Shown here piece by piece: positions 1 to 10,600 of a DNA stretch of 64,000 nt (position 1 is its first letter; every line of letters begins with the position of its first letter). The DNA is from Hemiscyllium ocellatum (lineage: Eukaryota). Where the stretch lies: the NCBI RefSeq assembly GCF_020745735.1, contig NW_026869307.1, positions 1 to 64,000 on the forward strand. The letters run 5' to 3'. Position numbers and translations under genes: made by a program. The notes under the pieces were generated by a model that did no database searches, was not told where the DNA came from, and saw nothing but the letters and a program-made list of their open reading frames with translations.

Positions 1-2350
1 TTAAAATGACCCATAATATTGTACCTGATCGACATATCACAACCTCAACTTCTTTTCATACCAAGATGCTGCGTGATAGCACACCAATGTAAATATTGGC
101 CAGACTATATATCTTGTTTATAAAGGAAAGTCGACAATATTTTTGGCCAAAAAAATTCTTCAACAAATTTGTTGACTAGCTCTCCCTAAAGTTGTCTAAA
201 CTTTGTAGGAGTTTGAACCTAGGCATGTGACTTGCTCCTGCAGTCTGTTGACTACTTGCTGTTCCCAATCGTTCCTTCGGCTGGAAATAACTTGATTTAC
301 AATGCTGGAACTTTCGGTGTATCTTTGCATTATGTTCTGTTCAACAATAGCACCTCTCAGAAGAAACCTATGCCTACATCTTGCTGGACACAGGGAAATG
401 GCACATATTACAGCGTTGCAATGAAAACTGCACAACCCTGAATGGCAGCCAGATGGGCCTCAGCCAGAGTTCATGTTGATAGTATTGGGCTTTGGGATTG
501 GTTCTAACTGGACATTTCTTTGAGTGGCAAGAACTAAATTATTCTTATGTTTCAGTAGGTTCTTTCTGTCCGTTTTCTCCAACTAAACTCACCACCCGTA
601 ATATAGGTTTGGTTAAAACACATTCCTTGGCGCTCATATTTAGTTTTTATTTTGCTTTTGAATAGAATATGGTATTATCTTTTATTTACAGTGGAATAAT
701 GGCTCAGCCTCAGTTGCATTTTAGCAATGCTTTCGCCATAAAGTGTAGAACTTAGTTGTATCTGTGTGCCTGTTATGTTTGACTGTTGCTGTGTATTGAA
801 AACGACAGGCATTAAACGCGAATGACGTAAAAATAACAGTTTTGGGACATGCTGCGCACTTGTGGATTCAATGGAATTCCTCCTGCTTACCTATCCAATG
901 TCTGAGAAGGTCGTATAGGAGATCATGTTTAGTGAATGGTTGTTTTTCGCTTAGCAGTAACAAGTTCCCTAACGGAGCTTAAATTATATTTTTGAAACAA
1001 ACTGCGTGCAAAGTAAATGTTAATATAGAAGCTCACTAACAAGTGCATGTTTCAAAATTAGAAAACTTGTCCTGAACTTAGTTTTCAACCTGCGACAAGT
1101 TGGAAATGGTTTTGTATACTTTGCTCTGGGCTTTGAAAGCTCCCGTTGTTAGACTGGCTTTGCAATGGACTGGTCAGCAATTCTTCGATGTAGCATTTCC
1201 TAGTAGATACAGATATTTCAAATAGTTGGTTCTTAATGATTGTCAATGATGATTGCAGCACGTTTTATGATATAAAACCAAATACTACATAGTGCACCCA
1301 GTAGTATCATCCATTTTCCCAATATATTTAAATTCTTGCTTTCTTTGCCACCTTTATGCCCCCATATAATGTAGAATTGTCTTGCAGTTTGGGTGTTGAT
1401 GCTTTCTTGGAACCAGGTATTTGCAGGGTGGCATACATCAGATTGTTATCTTCGCTTCCTTTCTTGGTCTGTGAAAGTAAAATTTAATATCACGCATTAT
1501 CCCACCATTGACTCTTTGATAAATGCAGTCATTTTTTTTAAAATAAAAAGACTTCAGGGGAATTTCCTTTCATCATTTGCCAACTTCAGGTTGTAACAGA
1601 GTTTATAATTATTTTTAACTGAGTTCTCTCCACTCTGTAGCTCTGCAGTAAAAGTTCCTGTTATTCTGATTTGAACTTCTCATAAAATAAGCTAGAATAT
1701 CAACATTGCCCATTAAAGAAAGCACGTTATTACTTCAATTAAAATAGCAAACGAATGAAATGCCGGTGTATTAAATGTGTTTGGAATGCTGATATTGCAA
1801 AACATCATTTTCGACACCCAATTTCTGAGCCATGACAGCCAATGTGATGTGCTTACCGATTGGATAGGCCTCAAGTTGCAATTTACTACCAGCTTTACCC
1901 CCCATTGTTGCTGATTTACCGAACCCTGGGACCCAGGCGAATATGGTGAGCCTTGGCCGAGATGGTCGGGCCCAGTACAGTATGGGTTAAACCTCTGACC
2001 TTTCGATTCCTACAGTTTAGCTTAGGGTCAAACGTCATTGAACGTCTTTTAAAAATGTTAAAGTTTCACTTGATCATATACGGTAATCTTCTTTGTTTGT
2101 CTGGGATTCTTATTTGTCTTGGTGCTGGATTCGACAGGGTAGGCATAAGGAAGTTTGTTCTGAGTTCCGTACTTTGTCTGTAAAATCGCTATTTGCCACT
2201 CTTACCAGTTCAGTTGCTATCATTATTACTGCTAGTTCATAAAAGGAAACAAGGATAATTTTCATTGTATTCTCACGCAAAACTCACAGTAAGACCTAGC
2301 TGTCCATTTGATATCTCCCCTGATTTCCATTTCCGACAAAATCGGCAAAA
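1..2350 (-). mobile_element. Highly degenerate L2-clade LINE RT fragment (duplication block 1)
   Basis: Colinear with 27722-28930 + 34896-35641 + 38560-38960, whose minus translation resembles L2 RT (CPMVWKI..., FATLVEVLTGSLKS). Confidence 0.55.
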
Positions 2351-2399
2351 CAGACGTCGACATCAGTTTAATTTTGTCTTTTTTGTCATAGCATAGCAT

Positions 2400-4520
2400 G
2401 CAAACAAGGAATAAGAGCAAGGCACTAGGCCCTTCAATCCAGCTCTATCATTCAACAATGTCATGGCCCACTCTGTCAACGTTCCATTCAGATTCCCCTC
2501 GATAATCTTTCATCCGCTCTATCACCGACAATTTATGTACCCCGCCGTAACACATTTAACGTTTCTGCATTTAGTGCCATTTGAAGAAGGGGTTTTCAAA
2601 GACTTACAAACCTACGACTGAAACAAAAAATCCTCACCTCTGTCTTAAATAGACAATCATTTACTTTTAAACTTGGCCTTCTACATTTAGATTCTCCCAC
2701 AAAAGGAAAGATCCTTTCAGCATCCACCTTGCCAAATTTGTCAGGATCTTATATATTTCAATTAAGTCACCCCTAACTCTTCTAAACTCCAGAGGTATAG
2801 GCCTACCCAATGGTATATAGCTTTTGAAAAGGAAGAGAGAAATCAAAATTAACATAGGCCCCGAAGAGAAGGAGGTGGGGAAAAAAATCATGGGGAACCA
2901 GGAAATGGTAGAATACACTAGCAGCTTTCTAAGTTATTAAGTATCCAAGGGCAAAAGGAGGAGTGGAATTAAAGAAAATAACTGTCACTGGAGAGGATGC
3001 GTCAGGGAAACTAATGGGGCATAAGACTAATATGTCCCTTGGACCTGATGCAGTACATTACACAATATCAACGGAAGAAGATACAGTAGTGGATGCGCCA
3101 ATAGTAATCTCCCAGAAATCCTTAGATTCTGAAAGAAAAACTGCCAGAGGAGTAAAACTTTTCAAAACCAACATCTTTATTTAAAAAGCAAGAAGACAAG
3201 AAATAGTTATAAACAGGCTAGTTAGCGAACGCTTAAGTCAATTATAAATGATGCAGAGTATTTCAAAATACATAATATCATCAGAGTCAGCTTGCCTTCA
3301 TGAAGGGGTAAGCATGCCTGACGAATTGACTAATTTTTTTTATTGAGGTCAGAAGGAGGGCAGATGAAGCTGAGGCAATAGATGCAATATTTTTGGATTT
3401 TCAGGCACCTTTGCTAAAGTACCACAAACTAGGTTACTTTATCAGATTAAAAGCCCATGGTGTTGCGGGCAGTACATTAACATAGATAGAGGATTGGCGA
3501 AGTAATATAAGACTGAGAGTTGGGATAGGGTGGTAGAGCATTTTCAGAATGGAAACCTGGAACTTCTGGTGTGACGCAGGGATTAGTGTTGGGGTCACAA
3601 GGTTTCCAATTATATATATTTATATATATTACATTTGGATGTAGCAAATGCATGTACAATGGCCGAGTTTATGGTTAACATTAAAGTAGGCTGGATGATG
3701 AGAAGTACACAAAAATCTTTAGAAGGATTTAGCCCGATTATGTGAATGGGCAAAGATTTGGCAGAAGGGATATAATGTGGGAAAATGTGAGATTTATATA
3801 CTTTGGCAGAAATTCGTGAATCACAAAAAGCTAGCACCCACTTACAACAGGCAATAGAGAAGGCAAATGGAATGCTGACCTTTATTTCAGTGAGAATAGA
3901 ATATAAAAACCAGGGATATTTGCCAAAGCTGTACGAGGCACGAGCTAGATCATAGCTGAAATACTGTGAACAGTTTTCTTACCCTTATCTCAAAAAAAGT
4001 ATTGGCGTTGCAGGCAGTCCAGAGAAAGTTCACTGAGCTGGTATCAGATCAGAAGGAAGTCTCATGAGACAGGTTAAGATGGCTTGGTCTGTACTCATTG
4101 GAATTTAGAGGAATGAGAGGTGACTTGACTGAGACACATAATATTCTTAGGACAATTAACGAGGTGGATGTGAAGAGTTTGTTTCCCCATGTGAGAATCT
4201 AGGACCAGAGGGAATATTCTCAGAATAAGTGATTGCACCTTTAAAATAGAAGAAGGAATTTCTTCTGTCAGAGTTTAGGGAATCTGTGAAAGTATTTATA
4301 ACAAATGTTTGGATTATTAAAGTTTGGTTATTAAAAACATTCAAACTATTCATTTACTGACTAAAACTATATTTTAGGCTTGAATGTAGATTTTTAGTCT
4401 GTAAAGAAATAAAATGTGAAAAGGAAAAGGCAGGGTTATGGAATAGAGGTTTGTAAGATCAATTTTCAATTCCTTGGATGGTGGAGCAGACTGGATGATC
4501 TAAATGGCTTAGCTCTCTTT
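2400..4520. mobile_element. Back-to-back CR1 fragments: minus 3' end (about 2400-2820) plus forward RT/3' end (about 2830-4520)
   Basis: Minus ORF with RRVRGDLIEIYKIL; plus-strand decayed RT and 3' end; same junction recurs at 39240-40600. Confidence 0.8.
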
Positions 4521-5085
4521 TGTTATTTCATTCATAATTAGTGGACATCACTGGGTAGGCCAGCATTCATTCTCCACCCCTAACTGTGCCAGAGGGAAGT
4601 TGAGAGTCAACTACATTGATGTGACTCTGGATTGACAAGTAAGGCAAATCAGGTCAAGATGGCAGATTTCCTTCCCTGAAGATCGTGTCTTATGGTCATG
4701 AGATCACATAAGGGAATCTGCTCATTTCCGGTATTAGTCTAGTAAACCTTGCCTGAACTACTTTCAATGTCCTTCCACCAAAAGGGTGACCATTATTGTA
4801 CGCAGTGATACAGAATTGCTCTTATCAATCCCTTGCATTCATGAAATAGGGAGCTGTTCTTCTGATAAGAAGTCACGACAGTTTGCATGATCAACGTTTA
4901 CTGAAATTAGCTTTGCATTCCAGTTTTTTCGATTGAATTAATTTCCATTAGCTGCCCTAGTGAGATTTAAACCGATGTCTCCCATACTATTAACCTTGGA
5001 AACTGGATATCTGCCGGTTGTTCTGTTTTATCAAGTCAAAAATACAGCACCCCCTTCCCTTACTTTTTTTAAACGACTCCATTAT

Positions 5086-5559
5086 CGCAATGACGAAGTG
5101 AAAGTGAGGACTGTTGATGCAGGAGGTTGATGGGCGGCACGGTGGCACAGTGGTTAGCACTGCTGCCTCACAGCGCCAGAGACCTGGATTCAATTGCCGC
5201 CTCAGGTGACTGACTGTGTGGAGTTTGCACGTTCTCCCCGTGTCTGCGTGGGTTTACTCCGGGAGCTCCGGTTTCCTCCCACAGACCAAAGATGTGCGGG
5301 TCAGATGAATTGGCTATGCTAAATTGCTCCTAGTGTTATGTAAGGGTATGGGTGGGTTGCGCTTCGGCTGGTCGGTGTGGATTTGTTGGGCCGAAGGGCC
5401 TGTTTCCACACTGTAAGTAATCTAATCAAAAACTGTGGCGGTGAAAAAGCACAGCAGGTCAACCAGCATTGGAGGCTCAGGAGTGAAGATGTTTGCCGAA
5501 ACGTCGACTCTCCTGCTCCTGCTGCGTGACATGCTGTGTTTTTTCAGAACCAAACTTTT
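5086..5559. mobile_element. Foldback Penelope-type mini-element with nested HE1 SINE; 12-bp TSD cgactccattat
   Basis: TSD at 5074-5085 and 5560-5571; tail aaagtgaggactg...; degenerate inverted arms 5435-5559 with ccgaaacgtcga. Confidence 0.7.
5132..5427 (+). mobile_element. HE1-type tRNA-derived SINE (V-SINE), full length
   Basis: Head gggcggcacggtggcacagtggttagcactgctgcctcacagcgcc, core gtgtggagtttgcacgttctccccgtgtctgcgtggg, CR1-like tail ending gtaagtaatctaatc. Confidence 0.9.
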
Positions 5560-5734
5560 CGACTCCATTATGACAATGTTGATGTTGTATGGGAGTGACG
5601 TGGATATTTTTTTCTTGACAATTCTTGGAATAGACAGTATTTTCTTCCGCGCGTCTGTGTTTGGAGAATCCTTTGTTGGCTTTCAATTTTACTGCAGCAG
5701 AGGCGGCATTTTCTTCAAATGGTGCTTTTCTAAG
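5477..5734 (-). CDS. Candidate terminal cytoplasmic exon of the receptor (phase 0)
   Basis: Strong acceptor ctcatatcttattttctag then an open frame LRKAPFEENAASAAVKLKANKGFSKHRRAEENTVYSKNCQ...; linkage to the TM exon not established. Confidence 0.35.
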   Translation of the reverse strand, partial: LRKAPFEENAASAAVKLKANKGFSKHRRAEENTVYSKNCQEKNIHVTPIQHQHCHNGVEKFGSEKTQHVTQQEQESRRFGKHLHS

Positions 5735-6860
5735 CTAGAAAATAAGATATGAGATATAGATAGAAGCGCATTTGATTTTACAGCCAGCCATCGCCAACTG
5801 GAACTGAACAATAGAATATTAACGTGCACAAAGTAGTTAATCAAACAAGCTAGAAATTGCATTCTGTCAACTCTCAATGATTTGCATCGAATATCTCACC
5901 AATGTGGTGGGGAGGAATGTTCTAAATATGAAACCCAGAGCATTTAAGGCATTTACCTACAATTTTACATACAGCTGATAAAAATAGACATTCATTAATT
6001 CCTTGTTTATCTCTAGCTCGCTTCAACCTTGTTGTGGCTTCGGCAGTTTCCTTATTCCATAATTAAGCCAATCAATTAGAAGATCAGATAGTGAAGCCTT
6101 TGGCTGTTCTCCTAATACTTCTGGAATCTTGCATCCTCTGACTGGCAACCAACAATTAGATTTCTGGCAAAAATTCTCCCCAAACACGTCTACAGCCATT
6201 ATTTCCTCTCCCTCAGAAAGTACGAAACAGCCTGCTAACTGCTAACAAAGGAATATAATGCAGAAAGACCTGAGATTTTATGTACCACACTACTTTAGGA
6301 AGATGTCGTGGTTTGGAGAGGATATAATAGAGATTTACTAGAAGGGTCCTAGCGTTCAGGGATTTCAATGATGTTTAGAAGCTTGGACATGATGTTTTAC
6401 TTAGATTAGTTACGTTTAAGGGGAGATTTAACTTAAATGTCTAACATGTTGAGAAATTGTGATGGAATAAATTAGGATAAACTATTTTCATTGGCCGGAT
6501 GTTTGAGATTTAGGGGACAAGATTCGTTTTCATTGGTAAATAATCTGGGGAGTATGTTTGTTCTGCAGCCCAGTGAGCGCCCGCAAACTGACAGAGTGAC
6601 AGGAAAAATTCGATAGGAACTTTCAAAAAGGGAACTGGATTGACACGAAAAATGTAATAAGCAGGAAAATAGCACGAGACCGGAACAAATTGATTAATTG
6701 CCTCATAGATGCAGTAGAGTTGTTAACTCTTCATCCTGGGCAATGTTATTCTCTGTTCTGTGAAATCTAAGTAATTTCGACTGAATGCAAAACTCATTGC
6801 TCTCCTTTCCACGCACCCACCTCCTATTTGTTTGGAATGTAATGAATATTATCTCCTTAC

Positions 6861-6904
6861 CGGTTAGCCATTTTGATTTTCTTCCACCGAATGTCTCCCT
6901 CTGC
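6861..6904 (-). other. Candidate small cytoplasmic exon
   Basis: Acceptor tactttgctttctattag and donor ACCG|GTAAGG; phase-1 joining gives GRGRHSVEENQNG*; other phases possible. Confidence 0.3.
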
Positions 6905-7506
6905 CTAATAGAAAGCAAAGTAATATACCATGAGTGACAGAATCACTCATTCAATGTCATGTTTTCGCTGCTAGAAACGTTTAATTTCTATATATAGTTC
7001 AGAAATCTAGTTTGACAACGTTCAGCAGCATCAAGCTCATTATGCTGTGTTTTACCTGCTCACTGCTCTCATCGCGCTTCCCCCAATGACGCAGAGTCAG
7101 TCACTGTGTGACAGTACAAGTGCAAGTCAGCGTCTTATTTAATTTACAAAATTAGAATGGAAATAAAATCTGTGGATGTGCATATCTGGTTGTGAGTTCG
7201 AAAACGCCCACTTAACCTTAATGCCAAATGCCAAAATCCACTTCGAAAAATGTTTCCCTCTCAGGAACTGGACCTCCACTGAACTATAATAGAGAGCACT
7301 TAAAATTTTGATTGCGTGGAGCATGGAGGTGAATAAACCGAGTGTATAGTTCGAATAAGAAGGTGAAATATTTGCTTTTCAAATCCGGTTAGATCCTCAT
7401 ATCCACAATTTAAAGCCAGGCCTTTGATTTCTCACCTGCTCTCTATGCTTTTTACACTGGGTCTAAGGAAATAAAAAGTATACAGTGAAATAAGAAAGAT
7501 TCTTAC

Positions 7507-7611
7507 CAGCTGATACTTTCAATTTGAGTGTCAAGAAAATGCTTATGATTAGTACCATCGCCAATGCCCCTCCTGCACCTCCAATAATCATCAGACGATT
7601 GAAACCTTCAC
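7507..7611 (-). CDS. Exon 4: transmembrane segment, uncharged, with GxxxG
   Basis: Acceptor attctgtag, donor GCTG|GTAAGA; LMIIGGAGGALAMVLIISIFLTL followed by KLK stop-transfer; 105 nt. Confidence 0.85.
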
Positions 7612-10600
7612 CTACAGAATCAATACGTGATGGAAGTGAACATGTGTGGAACACAGGAGTGACATACGCAGAGCATAATGCACAGGATGATAAATTGCAA
7701 AGGTGTTTCCCAGGATAACCCAACTGTTAACCAAATTGGACCGTTTTAATTTTGTTGGGAAAACCTGTACAAGGTCCTTAATTTGCATCAGACCCAATGA
7801 GTTGCAGCTCAGCTATGTATTTTATGGAGAAAACACATATAATGACTTAACGGTGTGAGAAACTTCATCTGCATAGGAACACTGTTTGCTATGAGTAAAG
7901 GAAGTTGTACTTGCTCATTCATAGAATCCTAGAAGAATCTTAGAATCCCTATAGTGTGGAAACAGGTCATTTGGCCCAACAAGCCCACACCGATCCTCCG
8001 AAAAGTATTGCAGCCAGACCCTAATTGCTCTCCATTTCTCCTGAATGATGCACGAAATCTACACATCCCTTAACGCTATGGGCAATTTAGCTTGGCCAAT
8101 TCAACCAACTTGCACATCTTTGGAGTGGGGGAAGAAACCGAAGCACCCGGAGGAAACCTGCACAGACTCGGGAGAATGTGCAAACTCCATAGTCGCTGGA
8201 GGCTGGAAGTGAAGCCAGTTTTTTTTTGGTGAATCAAAAGTGCGAATCACTGAGCCACCATGCTGCCATTTCGGATCTTCCCCACACCACACACCCCACT
8301 CCCTATTAGATATATTTTCAATCTTACCTCGATTAAAGGTGTAGCTGACGCTGGTGGGCACCTTAAGACAAGCATGAGATACCAGACAGGTATAAACTAC
8401 ACCACTCTGCACAGGCTGAGCATCTTCCAATGAACTAGTAACCTCATAAAGCCCGTCCACGGTCTTGTTTTTCACAGTCTCTATTCCGGTAAGAATTTTC
8501 AAACCATTTCTTAACCAAGAGATTCCTAATTCCTCTGGGAAAAATGCAGTCGTTTTGCATTCGAATTTCAAATAGTTCTCTGAAATCCCTCCTACGGGAA
8601 CGATTTTCTGGAGTTTTGGAGGAACTATAACAGAAAATCAAACCTTTTAACATATTAACTTTCATTCTCTTTTTTTCACCTTTCACACTCGACCCGGTTC
8701 GACACCCCATGTAATGCTGTTCCAGTACTAACGTGACAACAGCTTTCCTTGTTATTTTGTTTGAAACTTGGTATTCGCACTTATTTTTAAAAATGCTTGG
8801 CAAAATGTTTGGATCATTTGCAAACGATGCACAACGAGCATAAACATGGGTAGAAAAACTTTAATGAAATTCAGCTATTATAATCTTCGAGGTTTAGCTT
8901 TATGTAAGTGAATTCGGTTTTTTGAACCTTTTTTGGAAGACATTCTACCTGGAGGTAAAACACGGACTAGGAGCTGAAGTAGGACAGTCAATGGGTATCT
9001 CTCCATCCTGGAGGCTCCCTGCCTCCATTCCTGATGAAGGGCTTTTGCCCTCTCTAATTTAAACTTTGGTTTCCACCATCTGCAGTCCTCACTTTTGCCC
9101 AGCCAATGGGTAGTCAATTCAGCTATTTGAGCCTGATCCAACAGTTTTTATGATCTTGCCTGAGTACTTTCTGTTCCTGATTGGCATTCCCGGTTTGGTC
9201 TGAAACCCTTTTTTGAAGTATCAATTCTACATTACTCAAGTGTACTTGTGTCCTCTTCATCTACAAGCGGTGCTTAGCTGCGAGCTGATCTCCTGTCATA
9301 ACGTACGCAGAGCATAATGCACAGGATGATAAATTGCAAAGGTGTTTCCCAGGATAACCCAACTGTTAACCAAATTGGACCGTTTTAATTTTGTTGGGAA
9401 AACCTGTACAAGGTCCTTAATTTGCATCAGACCCAATGAGTTGCAGCGAAAGAATAAGTTATGAACACGAGCGCAAGCGGTTTTCGGCATGTTTGCTGCT
9501 GCCCTTCCTTCATTTTGCCTGCTATGCCTACATCAGAGAGTGTCCATTTGGCAAGCTGCAGAAAAGGCCAAACAGAGGCAATGGGCAACTTCACTGCCTT
9601 ACACGCTTTAGGATTGTGGATAGAATCCAGCATTGAGGGCAACATCAACACTTGCTGTCTCACTGAATCATGTGATTCATTTGTTAAAACAAGCATTGGC
9701 ATTTCAAGCATGTTAAAGTGGGAAAATGCACACCCGAAACACTAAGCAATTCCACTCTTGAACTTACTCTGCCATTCACTTAGGTTATGGTTGAACTGTA
9801 ACTCAACTCCATTTGTCCGGTTTTATTCTATTTCCTTTATCCCCAGGATTAAGTTTATTTGATGTCGATCTCCAAGTTTGAAGGATTTGCGACAGAATAG
9901 TTTGATCGGCAATTTGTGGTCAAAACATTATCTTGTCTCTGTTGAATATTAATGGCTGTGGGTATGTTATCATTCACCTTAATTTGACATGAATGCATAT
10001 TGTCGATGCTGATTTGATGGTCTTTATGATCTTGTATCAAAGCAAGAGCTGTTGGAGCTGTTAAAATTATTCTTCTGAAAGATTACGACCTGAAATGTTA
10101 ATTGTGTTTTTGATCAACAAGGAAGTACAAAAGTATCAGAGCGGACAGGAAAATGCAATTGAGACCATAATCAGATCAGCCATTATGTTGATGAGTGGCT
10201 GAGTAAACACAAGGAATGAATGGTCTACACTTGCTTCTAATTCTTATGGTCGTATTACCTATGTAGATGTTCAGACATGTTTCAAGTCATTTCTGTTCAT
10301 ATTCCAACTTTTCAAAATCTGTAGTACATTGTTTTGTTTTCTTTTTGATTCTATTGTCACAGTTTAGTACCGTTATTTTGGTTAGAAGTAAACTGTGCGT
10401 TTTGCCTCATGATACAAAAGACAGAAATTGCTAGATAAACTGAGTAGGTCTGGCATCATAAGAACATAATAAATAGTTGCAGGGGTAGGCCATCTGACCC
10501 TCTGAGCCTGCTCTGCCATTCAATAAGCTTTTCGCTTTCTTGGACTCAGCTCCACTTCCCCGCCCTCTCACCTTTATTTCCTTTAGTTCAGAAATCAGAG

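Noticed and set aside
5132-5200. tRNA-like sequence and a CACAGTG heptamer (also near 25600)
   Set aside because: These are HE1 SINE heads; no cloverleaf 3' half and no RSS nonamer at 12/23 spacing
7095-7110. CACTGTG (reverse RSS heptamer) near the receptor 3' end
   Set aside because: No GGTTTTTGT-like nonamer 12 or 23 bp away and no adjacent V/D/J segment
8444-8803. 119-aa minus ORF overlapping the C1 exon
   Set aside because: Alternative frame spanning intron and exon; no recognisable motif
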